DNA of 52,895 bases from an uncultured Thermoplasmata archaeon (lineage in GTDB: Archaea; Thermoplasmatota; Thermoplasmata; RBG-16-68-12), in contig CAVYJM010000009.1 in the NCBI GenBank assembly GCA_963768855.1, forward strand, positions 1 to 52,895, given 5' to 3'. Position 1 is the first letter of the stretch. Each line of letters opens with the position of its first letter. The notes under the pieces are model-generated. The model was not told the DNA's origin and did no database searches. It worked only from the letters and a program-made list of their open reading frames with translations. Shown piece after piece: positions 1 to 8,496 of the stretch. Both the position numbers and the translations under genes were made by a program.

Positions 1-2401
1 CGAGGACTTCCACCCGCGACTCCTGGTTCGGCGTCATCGTCACCCGCAGGCGGCTCGGGAACCGGTCGGCGACCTCCGCAAGGTGCGTGATCAGGATGAC
101 CTTCTCGAAGAACTCCCCCATCCGGAAGAGCTTTTGCACGAAGAGCTCCCGCGAGACCTCCGTGTCGAGCGACCCGAGATCGCCCTCGTCGATGAAGAGG
201 GTCTTCATCCGGCCGAAGGTCCGCCCCATCTGGGGCAGGGAGGCTAGCTCCCGGGCGATTGCGAAGCGCAGGGCAGCGTTGATCTGCGTCTTCTCGCCGC
301 CGCTGAACTCGCCCACGTCGTGCCAGAGCCCGTCCACGCCCTGCACCTGGATCCGGATGCCGTGGCCGCGACCCTCCTCGAACGTCTCGAGCTTGATCCG
401 GTTGAACCGGCCGTCCGTCAGCTCCGCGAGGTTCTTCGAGGCCTCGATCTCCAGCTCGGGCAGGAGCTGGTCGATCGCGTACATGACGACGCCTCGATTG
501 TGGAAGATGCGGCTCACGAGGACATCCAGGATTTCCGCGCGGACGCGGAGCTCGTCCCGCTGGCGCTCCGCCTCCTTGAGCTTCGCGGCGTCGGCCTCCA
601 GCCCCTCGATCTGGGCCTGTAGCTGCTTCGCCTGGCCCTCGAGGGTATGGAACGCGCGGCGCTCCGCGTCGATCGTCCCCCGCAGCTTCTCCAATTCCTG
701 CTTCGCGGCTTCGTAGGCGGCCTCCAGGGTCTGAAGCATGCGTCCCTCCACCTCCAGGGAGGTCTGTTCGGACTCGACGGCCTCGACCTGGCGAGCGAGG
801 TCCGCGATCAGGGCGGCCGTGTCCCCCAGCTCCTTGATGCGTGCGGCGATCTCGTCGATCTTCTTCCGCTTCGCGGACTTCTCCTGGATCGTCGCGGCGA
901 GCGCCTCGAGGTGCCGTCGGTCCCGTTCGGAGAACCCGTTCGCGTCGAGCCCCCGCAACGCTTCGATCTTGGCGTCGTCGAGGGGCTTGAGCGTCGCGTG
1001 GCTTTCGTCCGCTTCGCGCTTCAGGTCCGTCCGCAGCTCCTCGACCTGCCTTCCGAGCTCCGTGAGCACGAAAGAGTCCTGATCGATCGAGCCGACCTTC
1101 TCGTGGATATGGGCAAGGGCCTTCTCCGTGCGGCTCCGCTCCTCGTGGAGCTGCCTCAGGAGCTCGGGGCGCTCCGCGAGCCATTCCAGCTCGCGTTCGA
1201 TGCGGGCGACGCGCTCCTCGAGCCGCCCCTCGTCCCGGAGGAGGTTGAACGCGGCGTCCCGGTCGAGCTGTGTGCCCAGAGCCGCGATCTTGCGGTGCAG
1301 AGCGTCGATCTTGTCCTTGATCTGGTCGCGCCGGCGCTCATGCTCCCGCTTCGCCTGATCGAACAGTCGCTCCGCCGATTCCGCGGCGAGACGGGCCCGC
1401 TCGTGGCGTTGCTGGCGCTCCTTCTCCCGGTCCAGCTTCTCCCGAACCGCCTCGAGGTCCTCCGCGTCCTTCCTCAGGAGGACGAGCTCCTTCTCGAGCT
1501 GAGCCGCCTGCGCTCCCCGCTGCCGTGTCTCCTCGATGCGCTGCCGCAATCCGTCGATCTGACGACGCCGGTCCTCGAGGGCGGCGTTCGTCCGCACCCA
1601 GGCCTCGTGCTCCGCGTCCCGCTTCCGCAGGTCCTCCTCCCCGGCTCGCAGTCTCGCTTCGAGCGCGGCGAGCTCCAGGCCGGTCGCGGCGAGGTCCTTA
1701 CGCGCCGCCTCGAGTTGCTCTCGTGCGGGCGGGAGCCGCAGGAGGGCCTCCGAGCGTGCGGCGATCGCCGCCTCCCTCGCGCGGAGGTCCGCGGCGAGCG
1801 TCGCCTGCTGCTCCTTCGCCCTCTGCAGGGCCCTCTCGAAGACCTCGAGGCGGAAGAGCTTCTGGAAGACCGCGAGCCGGTCGGCGCCGCGGGCCGCGCC
1901 GAGGTCCTTCATCTCCTCCTGACGGACGAACGTCGAGTTGCGGAAGCCGACGTAGTCGAGCCCGACCACATCCTGGACGGTCTGCTCCTTCTCCCGGATC
2001 GTGCCGGAGACCGTCTCGCCGTCGCGGCTGATCTCGAGGTAGGAGTCCTTCTTCGTCGTGAAGCCACGGCGGACCTCCCATCGGCTGTCCCCTTGGCGGA
2101 ACGCCACCCGGACGTAGCCGCCCGGGCGGCACACGTCCGAGGTCTTGACGGTCTGGATGTCCGTGCGGGTCGTGGAGCCGTACAAGGCGAACGTGATCGC
2201 ATCGAGGATGGTCGACTTCCCCGCGCCCGTGCGGCCCGTGATGACCGTGAACTTCTCCGGGAACCGGATGGGCGGGTCCGTCTTCTCCACGTATCGCATG
2301 AAGCCGCGCATCTCGATTTCTTCGAGGACGAAGCCCTCTCCTGCGGAGGCGGGCTCGAAGGACGCAGGGGCCTCGACGTCGACCTCGTCCGCGCCTCTCA
2401 C
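1..2401 (-). CDS. rad50: DNA double-strand break repair ATPase Rad50/SbcC (C-terminal end runs off the left edge)
   Basis: Manual translation from GTG 2401 (GTGA overlap with the mre11 stop) is open for 800 codons to the edge. Walker A GRTGAGKST, Q-loop FVRQEEM, long coiled coil, signature FSGGEKTQ, Walker B/D-loop LFIDEGDLGSLD, H-loop ITH. Absent from the ORF track because there is no stop in the window. Confidence 0.93.
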   Translation of the reverse strand, partial: MRGADEVDVEAPASFEPASAGEGFVLEEIEMRGFMRYVEKTDPPIRFPEKFTVITGRTGAGKSTILDAITFALYGSTTRTDIQTVKTSDVCRPGGYVRVAFRQGDSRWEVRRGFTTKKDSYLEISRDGETVSGTIREKEQTVQDVVGLDYVGFRNSTFVRQEEMKDLGAARGADRLAVFQKLFRLEVFERALQRAKEQQATLAADLRAREAAIAARSEALLRLPPAREQLEAARKDLAATGLELAALEARLRAGEEDLRKRDAEHEAWVRTNAALEDRRRQIDGLRQRIEETRQRGAQAAQLEKELVLLRKDAEDLEAVREKLDREKERQQRHERARLAAESAERLFDQAKREHERRRDQIKDKIDALHRKIAALGTQLDRDAAFNLLRDEGRLEERVARIERELEWLAERPELLRQLHEERSRTEKALAHIHEKVGSIDQDSFVLTELGRQVEELRTDLKREADESHATLKPLDDAKIEALRGLDANGFSERDRRHLEALAATIQEKSAKRKKIDEIAARIKELGDTAALIADLARQVEAVESEQTSLEVEGRMLQTLEAAYEAAKQELEKLRGTIDAERRAFHTLEGQAKQLQAQIEGLEADAAKLKEAERQRDELRVRAEILDVLVSRIFHNRGVVMYAIDQLLPELEIEASKNLAELTDGRFNRIKLETFEEGRGHGIRIQVQGVDGLWHDVGEFSGGEKTQINAALRFAIARELASLPQMGRTFGRMKTLFIDEGDLGSLDTEVSRELFVQKLFRMGEFFEKVILITHLAEVADRFPSRLRVTMTPNQESRVEVL

Positions 2402-3588
2402 GCGAGCGCCTCCCTCAGGAGCCGCTGGGCCTCCGCCTTGATCGCGTCCTTCCTCGGATGGCCATTGAAGTTCTTGTCCACGTACTCCGCGAGGAGCCGG
2501 GCGGGATCCATCGTGAATTCGTCGGTCGTGAGGCGGGAGCGCTCCGTCGAGACGAGGCGGAGCTCGTAGTGGAACGCATCCTGCAGGCGCTTCTCCAGCC
2601 TCTTCTCATCCAGGGACGGGCGGAGTTCGTCGGGCAGACGGACCTCCACGCGCACGAGCTTCCCGGCGACGTCCTTCGGCAGGGCGGCGAGCACGCGCTC
2701 CGTGACGTCGTCCCCCATCGCCACGGTCACGTCGACCTTCTCCATGGGTCGTGCCGCGAGCTCCACGAACGACCAGGTGCCGTCTGCCCGCAACGCGACG
2801 AATCCCTTCGGGTCCTTCCGCTCGCCCCAGTCCACCCGCTCCGGGGCTCCGGTGTAGATGACCTTGTCGAACAGGGTCTGATGCATGTGGATATGGCCGA
2901 ACACGGCGAGGTCCACGGAGTCGGGGAGCATGTCGCGGGTGAACGTGAAGTCGTGCGGGACGACCTCGGGTGGCGTGGTGCTCGCGTACCGCACGCCTTG
3001 GAACTCGAAGTGGCCGAACAGGATCCGGAGGTCCGCTTCTTTCAGCTCGTCTGCGCGGTTCTGGATCCAGCCCTTCCAAACGCGCCGCGCGGCCTCGTAG
3101 GCCTCCTCCCGCGGGATCTCCTTGCCCAGTTTCTCCCGGACCTGCTCCACGATCTCGTCTGGATGCAGGTAGGGGAGGAGGATGAAACCGATTGCGCGGC
3201 CGTCCACGGTGCGAGTCTCGGCCTTCGGCTCGCGGAAGATGCGGACGTGCGGGTACCCGCGGAAGTCATCGAGAGAGGTGGACCTCGCAGCCCGTCGCGG
3301 CTGGTCATGGTTGCCCGCGAGGATCCAGACCTCGATCCCCGCCTTCCCGAGCGGCTCGATCACGTCGCGGCGCACTAGTTCCCGGAAGACAGGCGCGACG
3401 TGCGTGCGGTCGAACAGGTCGCCGAGGATGCAGAACAAGGACGCCTGGTGCTCGATCGCCCACTGCGCCGCCTTCGCGAAGTTGCCGTGCAGATCGAGAG
3501 CCCGGTCCGAGATTCCGGTGTCCGGGTCGATGCGGAAGTCGAAGGAGAGTCCCTCGTGGACGTCCCCTACGCAGACGATCTCATGCAT
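2398..3588 (-). CDS. mre11: Mre11/SbcD metallophosphoesterase nuclease
   Basis: Motifs GDVHEG, GDLFD, AGNHD, FGHF, GHIH. Directly upstream of and overlapping rad50. Confidence 0.93.
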   Translation of the reverse strand: MHEIVCVGDVHEGLSFDFRIDPDTGISDRALDLHGNFAKAAQWAIEHQASLFCILGDLFDRTHVAPVFRELVRRDVIEPLGKAGIEVWILAGNHDQPRRAARSTSLDDFRGYPHVRIFREPKAETRTVDGRAIGFILLPYLHPDEIVEQVREKLGKEIPREEAYEAARRVWKGWIQNRADELKEADLRILFGHFEFQGVRYASTTPPEVVPHDFTFTRDMLPDSVDLAVFGHIHMHQTLFDKVIYTGAPERVDWGERKDPKGFVALRADGTWSFVELAARPMEKVDVTVAMGDDVTERVLAALPKDVAGKLVRVEVRLPDELRPSLDEKRLEKRLQDAFHYELRLVSTERSRLTTDEFTMDPARLLAEYVDKNFNGHPRKDAIKAEAQRLLREALA

Positions 3589-3677
3589 CCTGGTCGACGC
3601 AACGCGGAGACGCTACTTATATCCTCTAATCGTGGGTGGGTGAAAGTGGTAAACCCCCCGCCCCCTTACGGGCGGTC

Positions 3678-4361
3678 GTGCTCACCCTGGTCCTCGCGGA
3701 CGCAGAACTCGAGCTGGTGCCGGCGCCGCTCCAAGGCCACCCTTCGGTCCGCACCTCCGCGAAGAGGCGGGGTCGAAGTCCCGCGGCGATTCTCCTCGAC
3801 AGCAGCCTCCACCATCCCGCGCTGAAGAAGTTCCCGGAGGGGGAGCGCCGAGGCCGGCCCGACATCGCGCATCTCTTCGTCCTCCTCGCCCTCGACTCCG
3901 TGCTGAACCTGCAGGGTCAGCTCCGGACGATCGTCCACACGCGCAACGACGATGTGATCCACATCGACTCCGCGACCCGCATCCCGAAGAACTATCCGCG
4001 GTTCGTCGGGCTCCTGGAAGATCTGTTCCAGAAGGGCGCGGTCCCCGAAGGCAAGCCGCTGCTCACACTCGAGCGCAACGTGCCGTTGGAGAAGCTCCTT
4101 GCGTCGCTCCCTCATCCCCGGTGGACCTTCTCAGAGCACGGGGAGCGTGTCAACCTCTGGACGGAACTCGCGGCGCTCGAGGGAGACCTGACCGCTGTCG
4201 TGGGCGGCTTCCCGCACGGGGATTTCCGCAGCCCGGTCGCGAAGCTCTGCGACCGCGTCGTGTCGATCCACGAGGAGCCGTTGCGCGCCTGGACGGTCAC
4301 GAGCGAGATCCTGGTTACGTACCGCCAGCGTCCCGCCCCACCATCGAATGGTTCAGGGTAA
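3678..4361 (+). CDS. nep1: 16S rRNA pseudouridine N1-methyltransferase Nep1/Emg1 (SPOUT)
   Basis: LVLADAELELVP...RRGRPDIAHLFVLLALDSVLN...HTRND...RIPKNYPRFVGLLEDLF...VGGFPHGDF. Start placed at GTG 3678; ORF open from 3636. Confidence 0.9.
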   Translation: MLTLVLADAELELVPAPLQGHPSVRTSAKRRGRSPAAILLDSSLHHPALKKFPEGERRGRPDIAHLFVLLALDSVLNLQGQLRTIVHTRNDDVIHIDSATRIPKNYPRFVGLLEDLFQKGAVPEGKPLLTLERNVPLEKLLASLPHPRWTFSEHGERVNLWTELAALEGDLTAVVGGFPHGDFRSPVAKLCDRVVSIHEEPLRAWTVTSEILVTYRQRPAPPSNGSG

Positions 4362-5552
4362 TCGTGGTCCCCTCCGGGCGGGGAAGGGTGCGTTCTCCTT
4401 CACGGGCTCCCCGTCCGCGTACCGGGATGCGCGCAGAGGGGCGAGGTCCGCAGGCCTCGTTCCGCTCCCCACGTACTCCGCCAGGAGCCGGCCGACCTCC
4501 GGGGACAGCTTGAACCCGTGCCCGCTGAAGCCGACCGCGACGAAGAGTCCCTCCGGCCCGACGGCGTCCAGGATGGGGAACGAGTCCGGCGTGACGTCGT
4601 ACACGCCCGCCCATCCGCCGTGGGGCTGCGCGCGGGCCATGTCCGGGAAGCGTCTCGAGAGCCGGGTACGCAGGTCCCGCACGACCGCGCCGGGGATGGA
4701 GTCATCCTTCAGCTCGTGGTCCCGCACGGTCTTGCGCGGATCCGTGTCCATGTAGCCCGCGAGGATGTCCTTGTCTCCCTCGGGCCGGGAGTACGTGTTG
4801 TGGTAGAAGTCGAAGTGGATCTTCGGCGGGCGGCTGAACCCCATGGGCCGTCGGAGGACCGCGACCTGGCCGCGCACGAAGCGGACCGGGAGGCGGACGC
4901 CGAGGTCCTCGGCGAGGGCGGGCGTCCAGTTCCCCGCGGCGAGGAGCACGCGCTCCGACCGGATGGTCCCCCTGCGGATACGGACGCCAGCCACGCGTCC
5001 TCTCTGGACCACGACGGATCGCATCCCGACGCCTTCCAGGATTGTCCCACCTCCGCGCTCCGCCGCAGAGGCGAATCCCGAGGCCGTTGCAATCGGATCG
5101 GCGTAGCCCGCATCCGGGTCGTGGACGAGGGCGACGTAGTCCGACAGGTCCGCGTGAGGCTCGATGCCGTGAGCCTCGTCGGGCGCGAGACGCTCGACCC
5201 GAACGCCCTCGGCCTTGAGGAGTCCGAAGAGCCGGTCGAACGCGGGTTCGTCCCGCGCCCGCGTCCCGGAGAGGAACCCCGTGGTCCGGAAGTCGCACTC
5301 CGATCCCGTCTCGTCCGCGAAACGCTGGAAGAACGCCAGGCTGCGCCGCGCGAGGCGGATCCCCAGTCGGCTCTCGTAATGCTGACGCACGATCGCGCCG
5401 CTGTGGCCGGTCGCCCCGGAGGCCACGTGCCCCTTCTCCAGGAGGACGACCTTCTCCCCGCGGCGCGCGAGGTGGAAGGCAGTGCTCGCGCCCATGCAGC
5501 CGCCTCCGATGATGACCACGTCGGAGCGGGAGGGCGGCGAGGCGGGGACCAT
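4353..5552 (-). CDS. FAD-dependent oxidoreductase, DadA/sarcosine oxidase beta family
   Basis: DVVIIGGGCMGASTAFHLA FAD motif, GATGHSGAI, WAGVYDVTPDSFPILD, GFSGHGFKLSPEVG. True start ATG 5552; the ORF-track extension to 6617 is the antisense shadow of the next gene. Confidence 0.88.
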   Translation of the reverse strand: MVPASPPSRSDVVIIGGGCMGASTAFHLARRGEKVVLLEKGHVASGATGHSGAIVRQHYESRLGIRLARRSLAFFQRFADETGSECDFRTTGFLSGTRARDEPAFDRLFGLLKAEGVRVERLAPDEAHGIEPHADLSDYVALVHDPDAGYADPIATASGFASAAERGGGTILEGVGMRSVVVQRGRVAGVRIRRGTIRSERVLLAAGNWTPALAEDLGVRLPVRFVRGQVAVLRRPMGFSRPPKIHFDFYHNTYSRPEGDKDILAGYMDTDPRKTVRDHELKDDSIPGAVVRDLRTRLSRRFPDMARAQPHGGWAGVYDVTPDSFPILDAVGPEGLFVAVGFSGHGFKLSPEVGRLLAEYVGSGTRPADLAPLRASRYADGEPVKENAPFPARRGPRLP

Positions 5553-5634
5553 GGACCGGCGAATCTCCACAGGCTTATCGAGGTTTCGTCGCGTCTCACA
5601 ACGCTTTATCTGACCGCCTCTCGATTCGCGACGC

Positions 5635-6570
5635 GTGCCCGACACCTGGCGCTTGGGGACCGGGGAGGAGCGAATCCGCGCCGCGGTCGTCGGGTGCGGC
5701 GGGGCCGGGTGCAACACGCTGCGCCATGTGACGCCCCCCATGGGGATCGAGCGCATCGCGGTGAACGATACGCCGCATTCCTCCATGGCGGGCATCCGCC
5801 GTCGCGTCCTCGTCCCCACCGAGCCGCTCCAAGCCATCGCCTCCCTGGAGGAGAAGGCGATTCCCACCCTGGCGACGAACGAGGAGAAGGATTTGTCGAA
5901 CGCCCTCGCGAACCGCGACTTCATCGTCGCGCTCGGCGGTCTCGGGGGCCAGTTCGGCGGCTGGGCGCTGGCCGTGGTCGGCCGCGTGGTCCGCATCCTG
6001 GGCGGCTCGTCTCTCGCCCTCGCCACGCTCCCCTTCACCGCGGAGGGCATGCTACGGCGGCACGTCTCGGAGGCGCAGCTCGCCTCCGTCCAGGGCCACG
6101 CGGACGGGGTCGTGGCCTTCGCCAACGACGCGCTCCTGCGCTCGTACCCGACCCTTCCGCTCGCGAAGGCCTTCGGAGCCATGGGCGCGATCATGGCACG
6201 TCCTGCGGCCGCGCTCCCCAGCGTCCTGTCGCGCTCGGACCTCGTCCCGCTGAAGCGGTTCCTCGCCCGCTCGAAGGACTGGCGGTTCGGGATGGGCGCG
6301 GGCCAGGAGAAGCATCGCTGCTTCTTGGCGGTCGAGGAGGCGTACGCGAGCCCGTGGTTCACGGGCAGGCACGAGGACATCCGCCAGGCGATCGTCCTCA
6401 TCGCCCAGCCGCCCGGGGCCGCGATGGAGGACGAGCTCCTGCGGGAGGTGCGCCTCCGCTCCCCGCGCGCGGACCTGGCGTGGGCCATCCTCCCTGAGCC
6501 GGCGCCCGACGATCGCGTCCAAGTGCAGATCCTCGCGGGCCTGGAGGCGCACGGGGACGCGCCCGTTTGA
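5635..6570 (+). CDS. Divergent FtsZ/tubulin-superfamily protein with degenerate GTPase motifs
   Basis: VVGCGGAGCNT (T1 loop), GLGGQFGGW in place of GLGGGTGTG, TLPFTAEG..R, DGVVAFANDALL, FGMG...AVEEAYASPWF C-terminal domain. No NxDxxD T7 loop. Confidence 0.75.
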   Translation: MPDTWRLGTGEERIRAAVVGCGGAGCNTLRHVTPPMGIERIAVNDTPHSSMAGIRRRVLVPTEPLQAIASLEEKAIPTLATNEEKDLSNALANRDFIVALGGLGGQFGGWALAVVGRVVRILGGSSLALATLPFTAEGMLRRHVSEAQLASVQGHADGVVAFANDALLRSYPTLPLAKAFGAMGAIMARPAAALPSVLSRSDLVPLKRFLARSKDWRFGMGAGQEKHRCFLAVEEAYASPWFTGRHEDIRQAIVLIAQPPGAAMEDELLREVRLRSPRADLAWAILPEPAPDDRVQVQILAGLEAHGDAPV

Positions 6571-6667
6571 CGTGTCGAAATCGTCGTTTTCTGTGCGTCC
6601 CCGGTCAAAGGGTTCAAATACGTCCGCCCTCTACAGGCGTGCTACATCCTCGCACGGCGTGTGTCCC

Positions 6668-7453
6668 ATGTCCTCGATTGGCAAGGAAATCCGGCTCCGG
6701 CGGATCTTCGCGGAAGGCAAGGCCCTCATCGTCGCGATGGACCACGGGGTCTCGAACGGGCCGGTCGCGGGCCTCGAGGACATCCGCAAGGCGGTCGCCC
6801 AAGTGGCGAAGGGCGGAGCGACCGGAGTCGTCCTGCAGAAAGGCGTCGTGCGATTCGCGAAGGAGTACTTCGACGGCCGACTCTCGCTCCTCCTCCATGT
6901 CAACGCCTCGACCAGCCTGAGCACCCACACGAACCGCAAGGTGATCGTCACCCAGGTCGACGAGGCGATCTCCTACGGCGCCGACGCGATCTCGATCCAC
7001 GTGAACATCGGGGGCGAGGAGGACCCTCACATGCTCGAGGATCTCGGCGCGGTCTCGACCGCGTGCGACCGTTTCGGGATGCCGCTCCTCGCGATGATGT
7101 ACCCGCGCGGCGAGAACGTGAAGAATCCCTACGACGTCGAGGCGGTGAAGCATGTGGCCCGGGTCGGCGCGGAGCTCGGAGCCGACGTCGTCAAGACGCT
7201 GTACACCGGATCCCCCGAGACATTCAAGGAGGTCGTGCGCGGCTGCCCCGTCCCGGTCGTCGTGGCGGGCGGGCCGAAGCTCGACTCGGAGAGGGCCGCC
7301 CTCGAGATGGTCGCGGGCTCCCTGGCCGGAGGCGCCGTCGGCGTCTCAATCGGCCGGAACGTGTTCCAGGCGAAGGATCCGATCGGCATGACGCGGGCGA
7401 TCGCCCGCATCCTCTTCGACGGGGCCTCGGTGGAGGACGCATATCGCGGGTGA
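6668..7453 (+). CDS. 2-amino-3,7-dideoxy-D-threo-hept-6-ulosonate (ADH) synthase, class I aldolase family (AroA-prime)
   Basis: IVAMDHG, AISIHVNIG, PLLAMMYPRG, GAELGADVVKT, VVAGGPK, SIGRNVFQ. Immediately precedes DHQ synthase II. Confidence 0.88.
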   Translation: MSSIGKEIRLRRIFAEGKALIVAMDHGVSNGPVAGLEDIRKAVAQVAKGGATGVVLQKGVVRFAKEYFDGRLSLLLHVNASTSLSTHTNRKVIVTQVDEAISYGADAISIHVNIGGEEDPHMLEDLGAVSTACDRFGMPLLAMMYPRGENVKNPYDVEAVKHVARVGAELGADVVKTLYTGSPETFKEVVRGCPVPVVVAGGPKLDSERAALEMVAGSLAGGAVGVSIGRNVFQAKDPIGMTRAIARILFDGASVEDAYRG

Positions 7454-7460
7454 GGCCCCC

Positions 7461-8492
7461 ATGGACCGCCTGGTGTGGGTGGGGGCCTTCCCCTCCGAGG
7501 ATAGAGCGGACATTCGGTCCATCGTGACGGCCTCGCTCGAGGCCGGGTTCGACCAGATCGTGCTCGACCGGGCGGACGAGGGCCTGCGGCGGCTCGGCCG
7601 CTTCTCCCCGATCCTGCTCCATGACGGCCGGTTCGAGTTCGACGGCCAGGAGATCGGGCGGCTCGCGACCATCCGCCAGGGGGCGGACGAGCGCGCGGTG
7701 CGCGCGCTCCGCGGGTCGACGAAGCACGTCGTCGTGCGCACGGAGGACTGGCAGATCATCCCGCTCGAGAACCTCATCGCTGCGTTCCAGGGGAGCGGCA
7801 CGCACCTCCTCGTCGAGGTCCACGATGCCGCCCAGGCGAAACTGTTCTTCGAAACGATGGAGGTCGGGGTCGACGGCATCCTGCTCGTCCCGCGCGCCCC
7901 GCAGGAGGTCCGCGCGGTCCGGGAGCTCCTCGAGTCCCGCGCCGAGGCCGTCCCTCTCCTCCCCGGGACGGTCACCGAGGTGAGGGCCCTGGGCCTCGGG
8001 GATCGCGTCTGCGTCGACACCTGCTCGATCCTGAAAGACGGCGAGGGGATCCTGGTGGGCAACGCCTCCTCGGGGCTCTTCCTCATCCACGCCGAGACGA
8101 TCGAATCGGGCTATGTCGCCCCGCGCCCGTTCCGCGTGAACGCAGGACCCGTGCACGCGTACGTCCTGCTCCCGGACGGGAAGACGACGTACCTGAGCGA
8201 GCTGCGGGCCGGGGACGAGGTCCTCGCCGTCGACGCGCAGGGCCGCGCCCATGCGGTCGTCGTCGGTCGCGTGAAGATCGAGCGTCGTCCCCTGATCCTC
8301 GTGGAGGCGGACGCGGGCGGGGAGAAACTGAGCACGATCGTACAGAACGCCGAGACGATCCGGTTCGTCACGCCGGACGGAGGCGCCACCTCGGTGAGCA
8401 CGCTCCGCGCGGGTGACCAGGTGCTCCTCCACCGCGAGGAAGGAGGCCGGCATTTCGGCATGCGAATCAAGGAGACGATCACGGAGCGGTGA
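7461..8492 (+). CDS. 3-dehydroquinate synthase II (AroB-prime)
   Basis: DWQIIPLENLIA, GDRVCVDTCS, PRPFRVNAGPVHAY, YLSEL, GRVKIERRPL, QNAETIR, GRHFG. Confidence 0.93.
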   Translation: MDRLVWVGAFPSEDRADIRSIVTASLEAGFDQIVLDRADEGLRRLGRFSPILLHDGRFEFDGQEIGRLATIRQGADERAVRALRGSTKHVVVRTEDWQIIPLENLIAAFQGSGTHLLVEVHDAAQAKLFFETMEVGVDGILLVPRAPQEVRAVRELLESRAEAVPLLPGTVTEVRALGLGDRVCVDTCSILKDGEGILVGNASSGLFLIHAETIESGYVAPRPFRVNAGPVHAYVLLPDGKTTYLSELRAGDEVLAVDAQGRAHAVVVGRVKIERRPLILVEADAGGEKLSTIVQNAETIRFVTPDGGATSVSTLRAGDQVLLHREEGGRHFGMRIKETITER

Positions 8493-8496
8493 CTAG

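Noticed and set aside
647-2569. 640-aa plus-strand ORF
   Set aside because: In-register antisense shadow of rad50; no motifs, and typical of high-GC DNA.
5553-6617. N-terminal extension of ORF 4353-6617
   Set aside because: Antisense to the FtsZ-like gene. The FAD-binding motif starts right after ATG 5552.
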